A stretch of DNA of 64,000 bases from the human T2T-CHM13v2.0 reference genome, Homo sapiens, in the NCBI GenBank assembly GCA_009914755.4, contig CP068257.2:10016001-10080000 (forward strand), read 5' to 3'. The notes below the pieces were generated by a model. That model did not search any database. It was not told where the DNA came from and saw only the letters and a program-made list of their open reading frames with translations. Positions 49,601 to 64,000 of the stretch are shown piece after piece (within the stretch, counting starts at the first letter, position 1; each line of letters begins with the position of its first letter). The translations under genes were made by a program, and so were the position numbers.

Positions 49601-52600
49601 TGCTGTTTTCATAGAATCTGCAAGTGGATATTTGGAGCGCTTTGAGGCCTATTGTGGAAAGGGAAATATCTTCACATAAAAACTACACAGAAGCATTCTG
49701 AAAAACTACTTTGTGATGTGTGCATTCATCTCACAGTGTTGAAATTTTCTTTTGATTGAGCAATTCTGAAATGCTGTTTTCATAGAATCTGCAAGTGGAT
49801 ATTCAGAGCGCTTTGAAGCCTACTGTGGAAGAACAAATATCTTCACATAAGAACTGCACTGAGGCATTCTGAGAAACTTCTTCATGATGTGTGCATTCAA
49901 CTCACATAGTTGAACCTATCTTTTGATTGGGCAGTATTGGATCTCTCTTCGTAGAATCTGCAATTGGATATTTGGTGCCCTTTGTGGCCTATGAATGAAA
50001 AGGAAATACCTTAAAAGAAAAGGTACACAGAAGCATTCAGAGAAACTTCTTCATGATGTGTGCATTCATCTCACAGAGGTGAACCTTTCATTTGATTGAG
50101 CAGTTTTGAAACACTCTCTTTGTAGAATCTGTAAGTGGATACTTGGAGCCTTTTGAGGCCTACTGTGGAAAAGGAAATATCTTCACATAAAAACTACACA
50201 GAAGATTTCTGGGAAACTTCCCTGGGATATGTGCATTCCTCTCACAGAGTTGAACATTTCTTTTGATTGAGCAGTTTGGAAACACTCTTTTTGAACCGTC
50301 TGCAAGTGGATATTTGGAGTAATTGAGGCCTACTCTGAAGAAGAAAATATCTTCACATAAAATCAACACAGAGGCATTCTGAGAAACTTCTATGAGATGT
50401 GTGCCTTCATCTCACAGAGTTGAACATTTCTTTTGATTGAGCAGTTTTGAAACAATCTTTTTGTAGGATCTGCAAGCAGATATTTGGAGCCCTTTGTGGC
50501 CTAAAGTGGAAAAGGAAATATCTTCAAATAAAAACTACACAGAAGCATTCTGAGGAACTTCTTTGTTATGTGTGCATTCAACTCACAGAGTTGAAATTAT
50601 CTTATGATTCAGCAGTTTTGAAACACTGTTTTTGTAGAATCTTCAAATGGATATTTGGAGCGTTTTGAGGCCTACTGTGGAAAAGCAAATATCTTCACAT
50701 AAAAACTTCACAGAAGAATTCTGGGAAACTTCTTTGTGATGTCTGCATTCATCTCACACAGCTGAACCTGTCTTATGATAGAGCAGTATTGAAACAATCT
50801 TTTTGTAGAATCCACAAGTGGATATTTGGAGTGTTTTGAGACCTATTTTGGAAAACAAAATATCTTAACATAAAAACTACACAAAAGTACCCTGATAAAC
50901 TTATTTGTGATGTGTGCATTTATCTCAGAGATTTGAAACTATCTTATGATTTAGCAGTTATGAAACACTCTATTTGTAGAATCTGCAAGTGGATATTTGG
51001 GGCCTTTTGAGGACTATTGTGGAAAAGGAAATATCTTCACATAAAAACAACACAGAAGCATTCTGAGAAACTTCTTTGTGATGGGTGCATTCATCTCACA
51101 GGGTTGAACCTATTTTATAATTCAGCAGTTTTGAAATACTCTATTTGTAGAATATGCAAGTGGATATTTGGAGCGCTTTGAGGCCAACAGTTGAACAGCA
51201 AATATATTTACATAAAAACTACACAGAAGCATTCTGAGAAACTTCTTTGTGATGTGTTCATTCATCTTACAGAGTTGAACCTTTCTTTTGATTGAGCAGT
51301 TTTGAAACACTCTTTGTGTAGAATCTGCATTTGGATATTTGGAGAACTTTGATGCATATTGTGGAAAAGGAAATATCTTCAAATAAAAACTACACAGTAG
51401 CATTCTGATAAACTTCTTTGTGAATTGTGAATTCCTCTCACAGAGTTTAACCTATGTTTTGTTTGAGCAGTTTTTAATCTCTTTTTGTAGAATCTGAACA
51501 GAGTGCTTTGAGGCCTATTGTGGAAAAGGAAATATCTTCACATAAAAATTTCACAGAAGTATTCTGAGAAACTACTGTCTGATGAGTGTATTCATCACAC
51601 AGGATGAACGTGTCTTTTGATTGAGCAGTATTGAAACACTGTTTTTGTATATTCTGCAAGTGGATATTTGGAACGCTTTGAGGCCTATTGTGGAAAAGAA
51701 AATATCTTCACTTAAAGACCACACAGAAGCATTCTGAGAAACTTCTTTGTGATGTGTACATTCAACTCACCGATGTGAATCTATCTTTTGATTAGCAGTT
51801 TTGAAACTCTCTTTTTGTAGTATCTGCAGTTGTATATTTGGAGCCCTTTGAGACCTATGATGGAAAAAGAAATGCCTTCATATGAAAACTACACAGAAGT
51901 ATTCTGAGAAACTCCTTTGTGATGTGTGCATTCAACTCACAGATTTGAACCTATCATTTGATTGAGCCATTTTGAAACTGTCTTTTTCTATTATCTGCAA
52001 GTGAATATTTCTAGCCTTTTGTGGCCTATTTTGGAAAAGGACATGCCTTCACATAAAAAACAAACAGAAGTATTCTGAGAAACTTCTTTGTGATGTGAGC
52101 ATTCATCTCACAGAGATGAACCTTTCTTTTGATTGAGCAGTTTTGAAAGAATCTTTTTGAAGTATCTGCAAGTGAATATTTGGAGCACTTTGAGGCCTAA
52201 TGTGTGGAAGAAATATCTTCACATAAAAACTACATAGAAGCTTTCTGAGAAACTTCTCTGTGATGTGTGCATTCAACTCATGGAGTTGAACCTATTTTTT
52301 CATTGAACAGTTTTGAAACTCTTTTTGTAGAATCTGCAAGTGGATATTTGGAGCCATTTGTGGCCTATGGTGGAAATGGGAATATCTTCAACTAAAAACT
52401 ACACAGAAGCATTCTGAGAAACTTCGTGGTGATGTGTGCATTCATCTCACAGAGATGAATCTTTCTTTTTCATTTAGCAGTTTTTAAACACTCTGTTTGT
52501 AGAATCTGCAAGTGGATAATTGGAGCACTTTGAGGCAAATAGTTGAAAAGAAAATATCTTCACATGAAATCTACACAGAAGCATTCCGAGAAACCTCTTC

Positions 52601-53980
52601 GTGAAGTGTGCTTTCATCTCACAGAGTTGAACCTTTCTTTTGATTGAGCAGTTTTGAAAAACTCTTTTTGTAGAATCTGCAAGTTGATATTTGGAGCGCT
52701 TAGGTTCCTATTGTGGAAAAGGAAATATCTTCACATAAAAGCTGCACAGAATCATTCTAAGAAAGTTCTGTGTGATGTGTGCATTCATCTCACAGTGTTG
52801 AACTTTTCTTTTCATTCAGCAGTTTTGAAACTTTCTTTTTGTAGAATCTGCAGGTGGATATTTGGAGCTCTTTGAGTCCTATGGTGGAAATGGAAATATC
52901 TTCACATAAAAACTACACAGAAGCATTATGAGAAACATCTTTGTTAACACAGAAGCATTCTGAGAAACATATTTGTTAAGTGTGCATTAAACTAACAGAG
53001 TTGAAACTATCTTTCGATTGAGCAGTTTTGAATCTCACTTTTTGTAGAATCTGCAAGAGGATATTTGGAGCCCTTTGCGGCCTACAGTGGAAAAGGACAT
53101 ACCTTCACATAAAAACTACAAAAAAGATTTCTGAGGACATTCTTTGTCATGTGTGCCTTCATCTCACGGAGTTGAACCTTTCTTTTGATTGAGCAGTTTG
53201 GAAACACTTTTTTTGTAGTATCTAAAGTGGATGATTGGATCGCTTTGAGGCCTATGGTGGAAAAGGAAATATCTTCACATGAGAACTACACAGAAGCATT
53301 CTGAGAAACTTCTCTGCAATGTGTGCATTCAACTCACAAGTTTGAACCTATCTTTTGATTCAGCAATTTTGAAACTCTCTTTTTGTAGAATCCGCAAGTG
53401 GATATTTGGAACTATTTGCTACCTATTGTGGAAAAGGAGATATCTTCACATAAAAACTACAGAGAAGCATTCTGAGAAACTTCTTTGTGATTTGTGCATT
53501 CATCTCACAGAGTTGAACCTTTCTTTTGATTAAGCAGTTATGAAACAGTCTTTTTAAAGGATCAGCAAGTGGATATTTGGAGGACTTTTAGGCCTATTGT
53601 GTAAAAGGAGATATCTTCACATAAAAACTAAGCAGAACCATTCTGAGAAACTACTTTGCAATGTGTGCATTCATCTCACAGAGTTGAAACTTTCTTTTGA
53701 TTGAGCAGTTTGGAAACACTCACTTTGTAGAATCTGCAAGTGGATATTTGGAGCGCTTTGTGGCCTATGGTGGAAATGGGTATACCTTCACATAAAAACT
53801 ATGTGGAAGTATTCAGAGAAACTTCTTTGTGATGTGTGCATACAACTCACAGAGTTGAAACTTTCGTTTGGTTGAGCAGTTTTGAAACTCTCTTTTTGTA
53901 GAATCTGCAAGTGGATATTTGGAGCCCTTTGTGGCCTATGGTGGAAAGGGAAATATTTTCACATAAAAACTACACAGAAG
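46651..53980 (+). repeat. Alpha satellite, plus orientation, C-type monomers (GTGGATATTTGGAG…CCTATTGTGGAAAAGGAAATATCTTCACATAAAAACTACACAGAAGCATTCTGAGAAAC…GTTGAACCTATC).
   Basis: The subfamily transition lies near 46.62-46.70 kb. This is the same family as 22641-31049 but on the opposite strand. Confidence 0.88.
53965..53980. other. Left copy of the L1 target-site duplication (AAAAACTACACAGAAG).
   Basis: It recurs as AAAACTACACAGCAG (one mismatch) immediately after the L1 poly(A) at about 60164-60179. The uninterrupted alpha monomer reads …AAAAACTACACAGAAGCATTCTGAGAAAC…. Confidence 0.8.
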
Positions 53981-55029
53981 CCAACTGGCAAATGAGGTGG
54001 CAGTCAAGATGGCCAAATAGGAACAGCTCTGTTCTACAGCTCCCAGCATGAGTGACACAGAAGATGAATGATTTCCTCATTTCCATCTGAGATACCTGGT
54101 TCATCCCACTAGGGAGTGCCAGACAGTTGGCGCAGGATAGTGGGTGCAGCGCACCATGTGTGGGCAGAAGCAGAGTGAGGCATTTCCTCACTTGGGAAGT
54201 GCAAGTGGTTAGGGAGTTCCCTTTCCTAGTCAAATAAAGGGGCGACAGACGGCACCTGGGAAATCCAGTCACTCCCACACTAATACTGTACTTTTTCAAT
54301 GGGCTTAAAAAATGGCGCACCAGGAGATTATATCCCACACCTTGCTTGGAGGGTCCTATGTCCACGGTGTCTCACTGATTGCTAGCACAGCAGTCTGTGA
54401 TCAAACTAAAAGGTGGCAGTGAAGCTGGGGGTGGGGCACCCCCCATTGCCCAGGCTTGCTTAGGTAAACAAAGCTGCTGGAAAGCTCGAAGTAGGTGTAG
54501 CCCACCACAGCTCTAGGAGACCTGCCTTCCTCTGTAGGCTCCACCTCTGGGGGCAGGGCACAGACAAACAAAAAGACAGCAGTAACCTCTGCAGACTTAA
54601 ATGTCCCTGTCTGACAGCTTTGAAGAGAGCAGTGGTTCTCCCAGCACACAGCTGGAGATCTGAGAATGGGCAGACTGCCTCCTCAAGTGGGTACCTGACC
54701 CCTGGACCCCGAGCAGCCTAACTGGGAGACACCCCTCAGTAGGGGCAGACTGACACCTCACATGGCCGGGTAGTCCTCTGAGACAAAATTTCCAGAGCAA
54801 AGATCAGACAGCAGCATTCGTGGTTCATGAAAATCCGCTGTTCTGCAGTCACAGCTGCTGATATCCAGGCAAACAGGATCTGGAGTGGACCTCCAGCAAA
54901 CTCCAACAGACCTGCAGCTGAGGGTCCTGTCTTTTAGAAGGAAAACTAACAAACAGAAAGGACATCCACACCAAAAACCCATCTGTATATCACCACCATA
55001 AAAGACCAAAAGTAGATAAAACCACAATG
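53981..55029 (+). promoter_or_regulatory. L1 5'UTR, the region that carries the L1 internal Pol II promoter. Whether it is active here is unknown.
   Basis: Position and sequence similarity to L1PA 5'UTRs. At about 1.05 kb it is longer than the ~0.9 kb L1HS 5'UTR, consistent with an older L1PA subfamily. Confidence 0.6.
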
Positions 55030-56044
55030 ATGGGGAAAAAACAGAGCAGAAAAACTAGAAACTCTAAAAACAGAGTGCCTCTCCTCCTCCAAAGGAATGC
55101 AGTTCCTCATAAGAAATGGAACAAAGCTGGACGGAGAATGACTTTGACGAGTTGAGAGAAGAAGGCTTCAGACAATCAAATTACTCGGAGCTACAGGAGG
55201 AAATTCAAACCAAAGGCAAAGAAGTTAAAAACATTGAAAAAATTTAGACGAATGTATAACTAGAATAACCAACACAGAGAAGTGCTTAAAGGAGCTGATG
55301 GAGCTGAAAGCCAAGGCTCCAGAACTACATGAAAAATGCAGAAGCCTCAGGAGCAGATACGATCAACTGGAAGAAAAGGTATCAGTGATGGAAGTTGAAA
55401 TAAATGAAATAAAGTGAGAAGGGAAGTTTAGAGAAAAAAGAATAAAAAGAAATGAACAAAGACTGCAAGAAATATGGGACTATGTGAAAAGACCAAATCT
55501 ACGTCTGATTGGTGTACCTGAAAGTGATGTGGAGAATGGAACCAAGTTGGAAAACACTCTGCAGGATATTATCCAGGAGAACTTCCCCAATCTATCAAGG
55601 CAGGCCAACATTCAGATTCAGAAAATACAGAGAATGCCACAAAGGTACTCCTCGAGAAGAGCAACTCCAAGACAAATAATTGTCAGATTCACCAAAGTTG
55701 AAATAAAGGAAAAAATGTTAAGGGCAGCCAGAGAGAAAGGTGGTGTTACCCTCAAAGGGAAGCCCATCAGACTAACAGCAGATCTCTTGGCAGAAACTCT
55801 ACAAGCCAGATGAGAGTGTGGGCCAATATTCAACATTTTTAAAGAAAAGAATTTTCAACCCAGAATTTCATATCCAGCCAAACTAAGCTTCATAAGTGAA
55901 GGAGAAATAAAATACTTTACAGACAATCAAATGCTGAGAGATTGTGTCACCACCAGGCCTGCCCTAAAAGAGCTCCTGAAGGAAGAACTAAACATGGAAA
56001 GAAACAACCAGTACCAGCCAGTGCAAAATCATGCCAAATTGTAA
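55030..56044 (+). pseudogene. L1 ORF1, inactivated. Its 1015 bp is not a multiple of 3, and it contains in-frame stops, for example AGA to TGA near 55812 and TAA near 55400.
   Basis: The ATG at 55030 and the TAA at 56042-56044 are located by comparison with the L1 ORF1 consensus. The six-frame track shows only a 109-aa open stretch (55484-55813) with ORF1 motifs (RPNLRLIGVPESD…RYSSRRATPRQIIVRFTKVE…). Confidence 0.88.
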
Positions 56045-56107
56045 AGTCCACTGTGGCTAGTAAGAAACTGCATCAACTAACGAGCAAAATAACCAAAAAA
56101 CATCATA

Positions 56108-59932
<3,825 letters not shown>

Positions 59933-60163
59933 GCGATGAGAACACATGGACACAGGAAGGGGAACATCACACTCTGGGGACTGATGTGGGGTGGGGGTAG
60001 GGGGGAGGGAGAGCATTAGGAGATATACCTAATGCTAAATGACGAGTTAATGGATGCAGCACACCAACATGGCACATGTACACATATGTAACTAACCTGC
60101 ACAATGTGCACATGTACCCTAAAACTTAAAGTATAATAATAATAAAATAAATTAAATTTAAAA

Positions 60164-60179
60164 AAAAACTACACAGCAG
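60164..60179. other. Right copy of the L1 target-site duplication (AAAACTACACAGCAG). It overlaps the poly(A).
   Basis: Matches 53965-53980 with one G/C mismatch. Alpha continues in phase afterwards (…CAGTACTCTGAGAAACTTC…). Confidence 0.75.
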
Positions 60180-63100
60180 TACTCTGAGAAACTTCTTTGT
60201 GATGAATGCATGCAACTCTCAGAGTTGAACATATCTTTTGATTGAACAGTTTTGAAAATATATTTTTGTAGAATCTGGAAGTGGATATATGGAGCCCTTT
60301 GCGGCCTATAGTGCAAAAGGAAACATCTTCACATAAAACCTACACAGAAGCGTTCTGAGAAATTTCTTGGTGATGTGTGCATTCATCTCACAGAGTTGAA
60401 TATTTCTTTTGATTGTGCAGCTTGAAATACTGTTTTTGTGGAATCTGCAAGTGGATACTTGGAGTGTTATGTGGCCTATTGTGGAAAACGAAATACCGTC
60501 ACATAAAAACTTCACGGAAGCATTCTGAGAAACTTCTTTGTTATATGTGTATTCAACTCACAGAGTTGAACCTGTCTTTTTAAAGAGCAATTTTGAAACT
60601 GTCTTTTTGTAGAATCTGCAAGTGGATATATGGAGCCCTTTGTGACCTATGGTGTAAAAGGAAATATCTTCACAAAAAAACTACACAGAAGCATTCTGAG
60701 AAACTTCTCTGTGAAGGGTTCATTCATCTCACAGACTTGAACCTTTCTTTTGTTTGAGCAGTTTGGAAACTTTTTTTTGTAGAATCAGTAAGTGGATATT
60801 TGGAAGGCTTAGGGGACTATTGTGGAAAAGGAAATATCTTCACATAAAAACTACACAGAAGCATTCTGAGAAGCTTCTTTGCGATGTGTGCATTCATCTG
60901 ACAGAGTTGAAACTTTCTTTAAGCAGTTTGGAAACACTCTTTTTGTAGAATCTGCAAGTGGATATTTGGAGCCCTTTGAGGCTTATGGTGGAAAAGGAAA
61001 TATCTTCAGATAAACACTACACAGGAGCATTCTGAAAAACTGCTTTGTGATGTGTGCATTCATCTCACAGAGTTGAATTTTTCTTTTGATTGAGCAGTTT
61101 TGAAACGCCCTTTTCGTGGAATGTGAAAGTGGATATTTGGAGGGTTTTGAGGCCTACGGTGGAAAAGGAAATATCTTCACATAAAAACTACAAAGAAGGA
61201 TTCTGAGAAACTTATTTGTGATGTATGCAATCAACTCACAGACTTGAACATATCTTTGGATTGAGCAGCTTTGAAACTGTCTTTTTGTGCAATCTGCAAG
61301 TGGATATTTTGAGCCCTTTGTGGCCTATGGTGAAAAAGGAAATATCTTCAGATAAAAACTACAAAGAAGCATTCTGAGAAACTTCTTTGTGATGTGTACA
61401 TTCATCTCACAGAATAGGAACTTTCTTTTGATTGAGCAGTTATGAAATACCCTTTTTGTAGAATGATCATGTGGATATTTTGAGGGCTTTGAGGCCTACT
61501 GTGGAGAAGTTAATATCTTCACATCAAAACTACTCAGAATCATTCTGAGAAACTTCTTTGCGATGTGCGAATTCATCCGACTGACTTCAACCTTTCTTTT
61601 GTTTGGGCAGTTTAGAAACACTCTTTTTATAGAATCTGCAAGTGAATATTTGGAGGGAATTGAGGCCTATGGCTGAAAAGGAAATATCTTTACATAAAAA
61701 CTACACAAAAGCATTCTGAGAAACTTCTTTGTGATGTGTGCATTCAAATCACAGAGCTAAACCTATCTTTTGATTGACCAGTTTTGAAACTCTCTTTTGT
61801 AGAATCTGCAAGTGGATATTTGGAGTGCTTTGAGGCCTATTGTGGAAAAGAAAATATCCTCACATAAAAACTACACAGAAGCATTCTGAGAAACTTCTTT
61901 GTGATGTGTGCATTCATCTCAAGGAGTTGAACGTTTCTTTTGATTGTGCAGCTTGGAAACACTGTTTTTGTAGAATCCGCAAGTGGATATTTGGAGTGCT
62001 ATGTGGCCTATGATGGAAAAGGAAATATCTTCACGTAAAAACTTCACAGAAGCATTCTGAGAAACTTCTTTGTTATGTTTGTATTCAAGTCACATAGTTG
62101 AACCTATCTTTTGATACAGCAGTTTTGAAACTCTCTTTTTGTAGAATCTGCAAGTGGATATTGGGAACCCTTTGCAGCCTATGGTGTAAAAGGAAATATC
62201 CTCACATAAAAACTACACAGAAGCATCCTGAGAAACTTCTTTGTGATGTGTGCATTCATCTCACAGAGTTGAACTTTTCTTTTGATTGTGCAGTTTGGAA
62301 ACACTCCTTTTGTAGAATCTGTACGTGGATATTTGGAGGGTTTTGAGTCCTACGGTGGTAAAGAAAATGTCGTCACATGAAAAATACACAGAGGCATTCT
62401 GAGAAACTTCTTTGTGACGTGTGGATTCATCTCCCAGAGTTGAACCTATCGTTTGATTAAGAAGTTTTGAAACTCTCTTTTTGTAGAACCTGCAAGTGGA
62501 TATTTGGAGCCATTTGCAGCCTCTGGTGTAAAAGGAAATATCTTCACTTTAAAACTACACAGAAACATTCTGAGAAACTTCTTTGTGACGTGTGCATTCA
62601 TCTCACAGATTTGAAATTTTCTGTTGATTCAGCAGTTTTGAGACACTTTTTTTTTGTAGAATCTGCAGTTGGATATTTGGAGCGCTTTAAGGCCTATTGT
62701 GGAAAAGGAAATATCTCCACATAAAAACTATACAGAAACATTCTGAGAAACTTCTATGCGATGTGTGCATTCATCTGACAGAGTTGAACCTTTCTTTAGT
62801 TTGAGCAGTTTGGAAACACTCTTTTTGTAGAATCTGCAATTTAATACTTGGAGCACTTTGAAGACTACAGTGGAAAAGGAAATACCTTCACATAAAAACT
62901 ACACAAAACTATTGTGACAAGCTTCTTTGTGGTGTGTGCATTCAACTCACAGGGTTGAACCTATCTTTTGATTGACCAGTTTTGAGACTCTCTTTTTGTA
63001 GAATCTGCAAGTGAATATTAGGAAATCCTTGTAGCCTATGGTGGAAAAGGAAATATCTTCACATAAAAACTACACAGAAGCATTCTGAGAAACTTCTTTG

Positions 63101-64000
63101 TAATGTGAGCATTCATCTCACAGATTTGCACCTTTATTTGATTGAGCAGTTTGAAACTCTCTTTTTCTGTAATCCGCCAGTGTATATTTGGAGCATTTTG
63201 TGGCCTATGGTAGAAAAGGAAATATCTTCTCATAAAAAGTACACAGAAGCATTCTGAGAAACTTCTCTGTGATGTATTCATTCTACTCACAGAGTTGAAC
63301 CTATTTTTTGATTGAGCAGTTTTGTAATTATCTTTTTCAATAATCTGCAAGTGGATATTGGGAGTCCTTTGTGGCCTAATAAGGAAAAGGAAGTATCTTC
63401 ACACAAAAACTACACAGAAGAATTTTGAGAAACTTCTTTGTGATGTGTGCATTCATCTCAGAGTGTTCAACGTTTCTTTTGATTGAGTCGTTTGGAAACA
63501 CTCTTTTTGCAGAATGTGCAAGTTGATATTTGTAGCGCTTTGAGGCCTCCAGTGGAAAAGGAAATATCTTCACATAAAAACTACACAGAAGCATTCTGAG
63601 AAATTTCTCTGTGATCTGTGCATTCAACTCACAGGGTTGAATCTATCTTTTGATTGACCAGTTTTGAGTCTCTCTTTCTGTGGAATCTGCAAGTGGATAT
63701 TTAAAGCCCTTTGTGGCCTATGGTGGAAAAAGAAATATCATCACATAAAAACTACACAGAAGCATTCTGAGAAAGTTTTTGTGATGTGTGCATTCATCTC
63801 ACGGAGTTGAGCCTATCTTTTGATTGGGCAGTTTTGAAACTCTCTTTTTGAAGAATCTGGAATGAGTATTTGGAGGCCTTTGTGGCATATGGTGCAAAAG
63901 GAAATATCTTCACATAAAAACTACACAGAAGCATTCTGAGAAACTTCTCTGTGATGTGTGCATTCAACTCACAGAGTTGAAGCTACCTTTGATTGAACAG
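60169..64000 (+). repeat. Alpha satellite, plus orientation, C-type monomers. It continues to the window end.
   Basis: Same monomer family as 46651-53980 (GTGGATATTTGGAG…AAAACTACACAGAAGCATTCTGAGAAAC). The window ends inside the array. Confidence 0.93.

Overview
The whole 64-kb window is primate (human-type) centromeric/pericentromeric satellite DNA with embedded retrotransposons. It is not a gene-bearing or prokaryotic accessory region. I can support no host protein-coding gene, RNA gene, CRISPR array or candidate biological system; the window is non-coding.

About 52 kb is alpha satellite, in 171-bp tandem monomers of the 'TATGGTGGAAAAGGAAATATCTTCACATAAAAACTAGACAGAAGCATTCTGAGAAAC...' type. 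By eye none of the monomers carries a canonical CENP-B box.

The array changes strand orientation three times: minus 1-6578, plus 6579-18316, minus 18317-31049, plus 37307-64000. The third switch is not a direct alpha-alpha junction. It is filled by a 4.5-kb block of classical GGAAT/GGAGT pentameric satellite (HSat2/3 family, 31050-35591) followed by an internally truncated L1 fragment (35592-37306).

I distinguish three alpha subfamilies by eye, and each occurs on both strands:
- D-type, dimer-like, alternating AAAACTAGACAGAAGAATTCTGAGAAAC and AAAATCTAGACAGAAGCAATCTGAGAAAC.
- K-type, carrying CTGACAAAC.
- C-type, with AAAACTACACAGAAGCATTCTGAGAAAC, GTGGATATTTGG and CCTATTGTGGAAAAGG.

The retroelements are:
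- a young AluY of the Yb lineage at 5925-6237 with a perfect 14-bp target-site duplication and about 25 A's;
- an L1 3' fragment at 1448-2335 on the minus strand;
- a full-length but inactivated L1PA-type element of about 6.2 kb at 53981-60168 on the plus strand, with a 15-bp TSD;
- three roughly 60-bp Alu 3'-tail fragments that recur inside the pentameric satellite as part of its repeat unit.

Every ORF in the supplied six-frame track is either a repeat-induced artefact or an L1 ORF1/ORF2 remnant. Alpha monomers give recurring 60-130-aa ORFs, and the GGAAT satellite gives stop-free ORFs up to 471 aa.

The parts worth a second look are structural. They are the three strand-switch breakpoints, the mirror-like subfamily order around them, the HSat/L1/alpha composite junction, TE fragments captured into satellite units, and several very recent local tandem duplications of HOR-like units.
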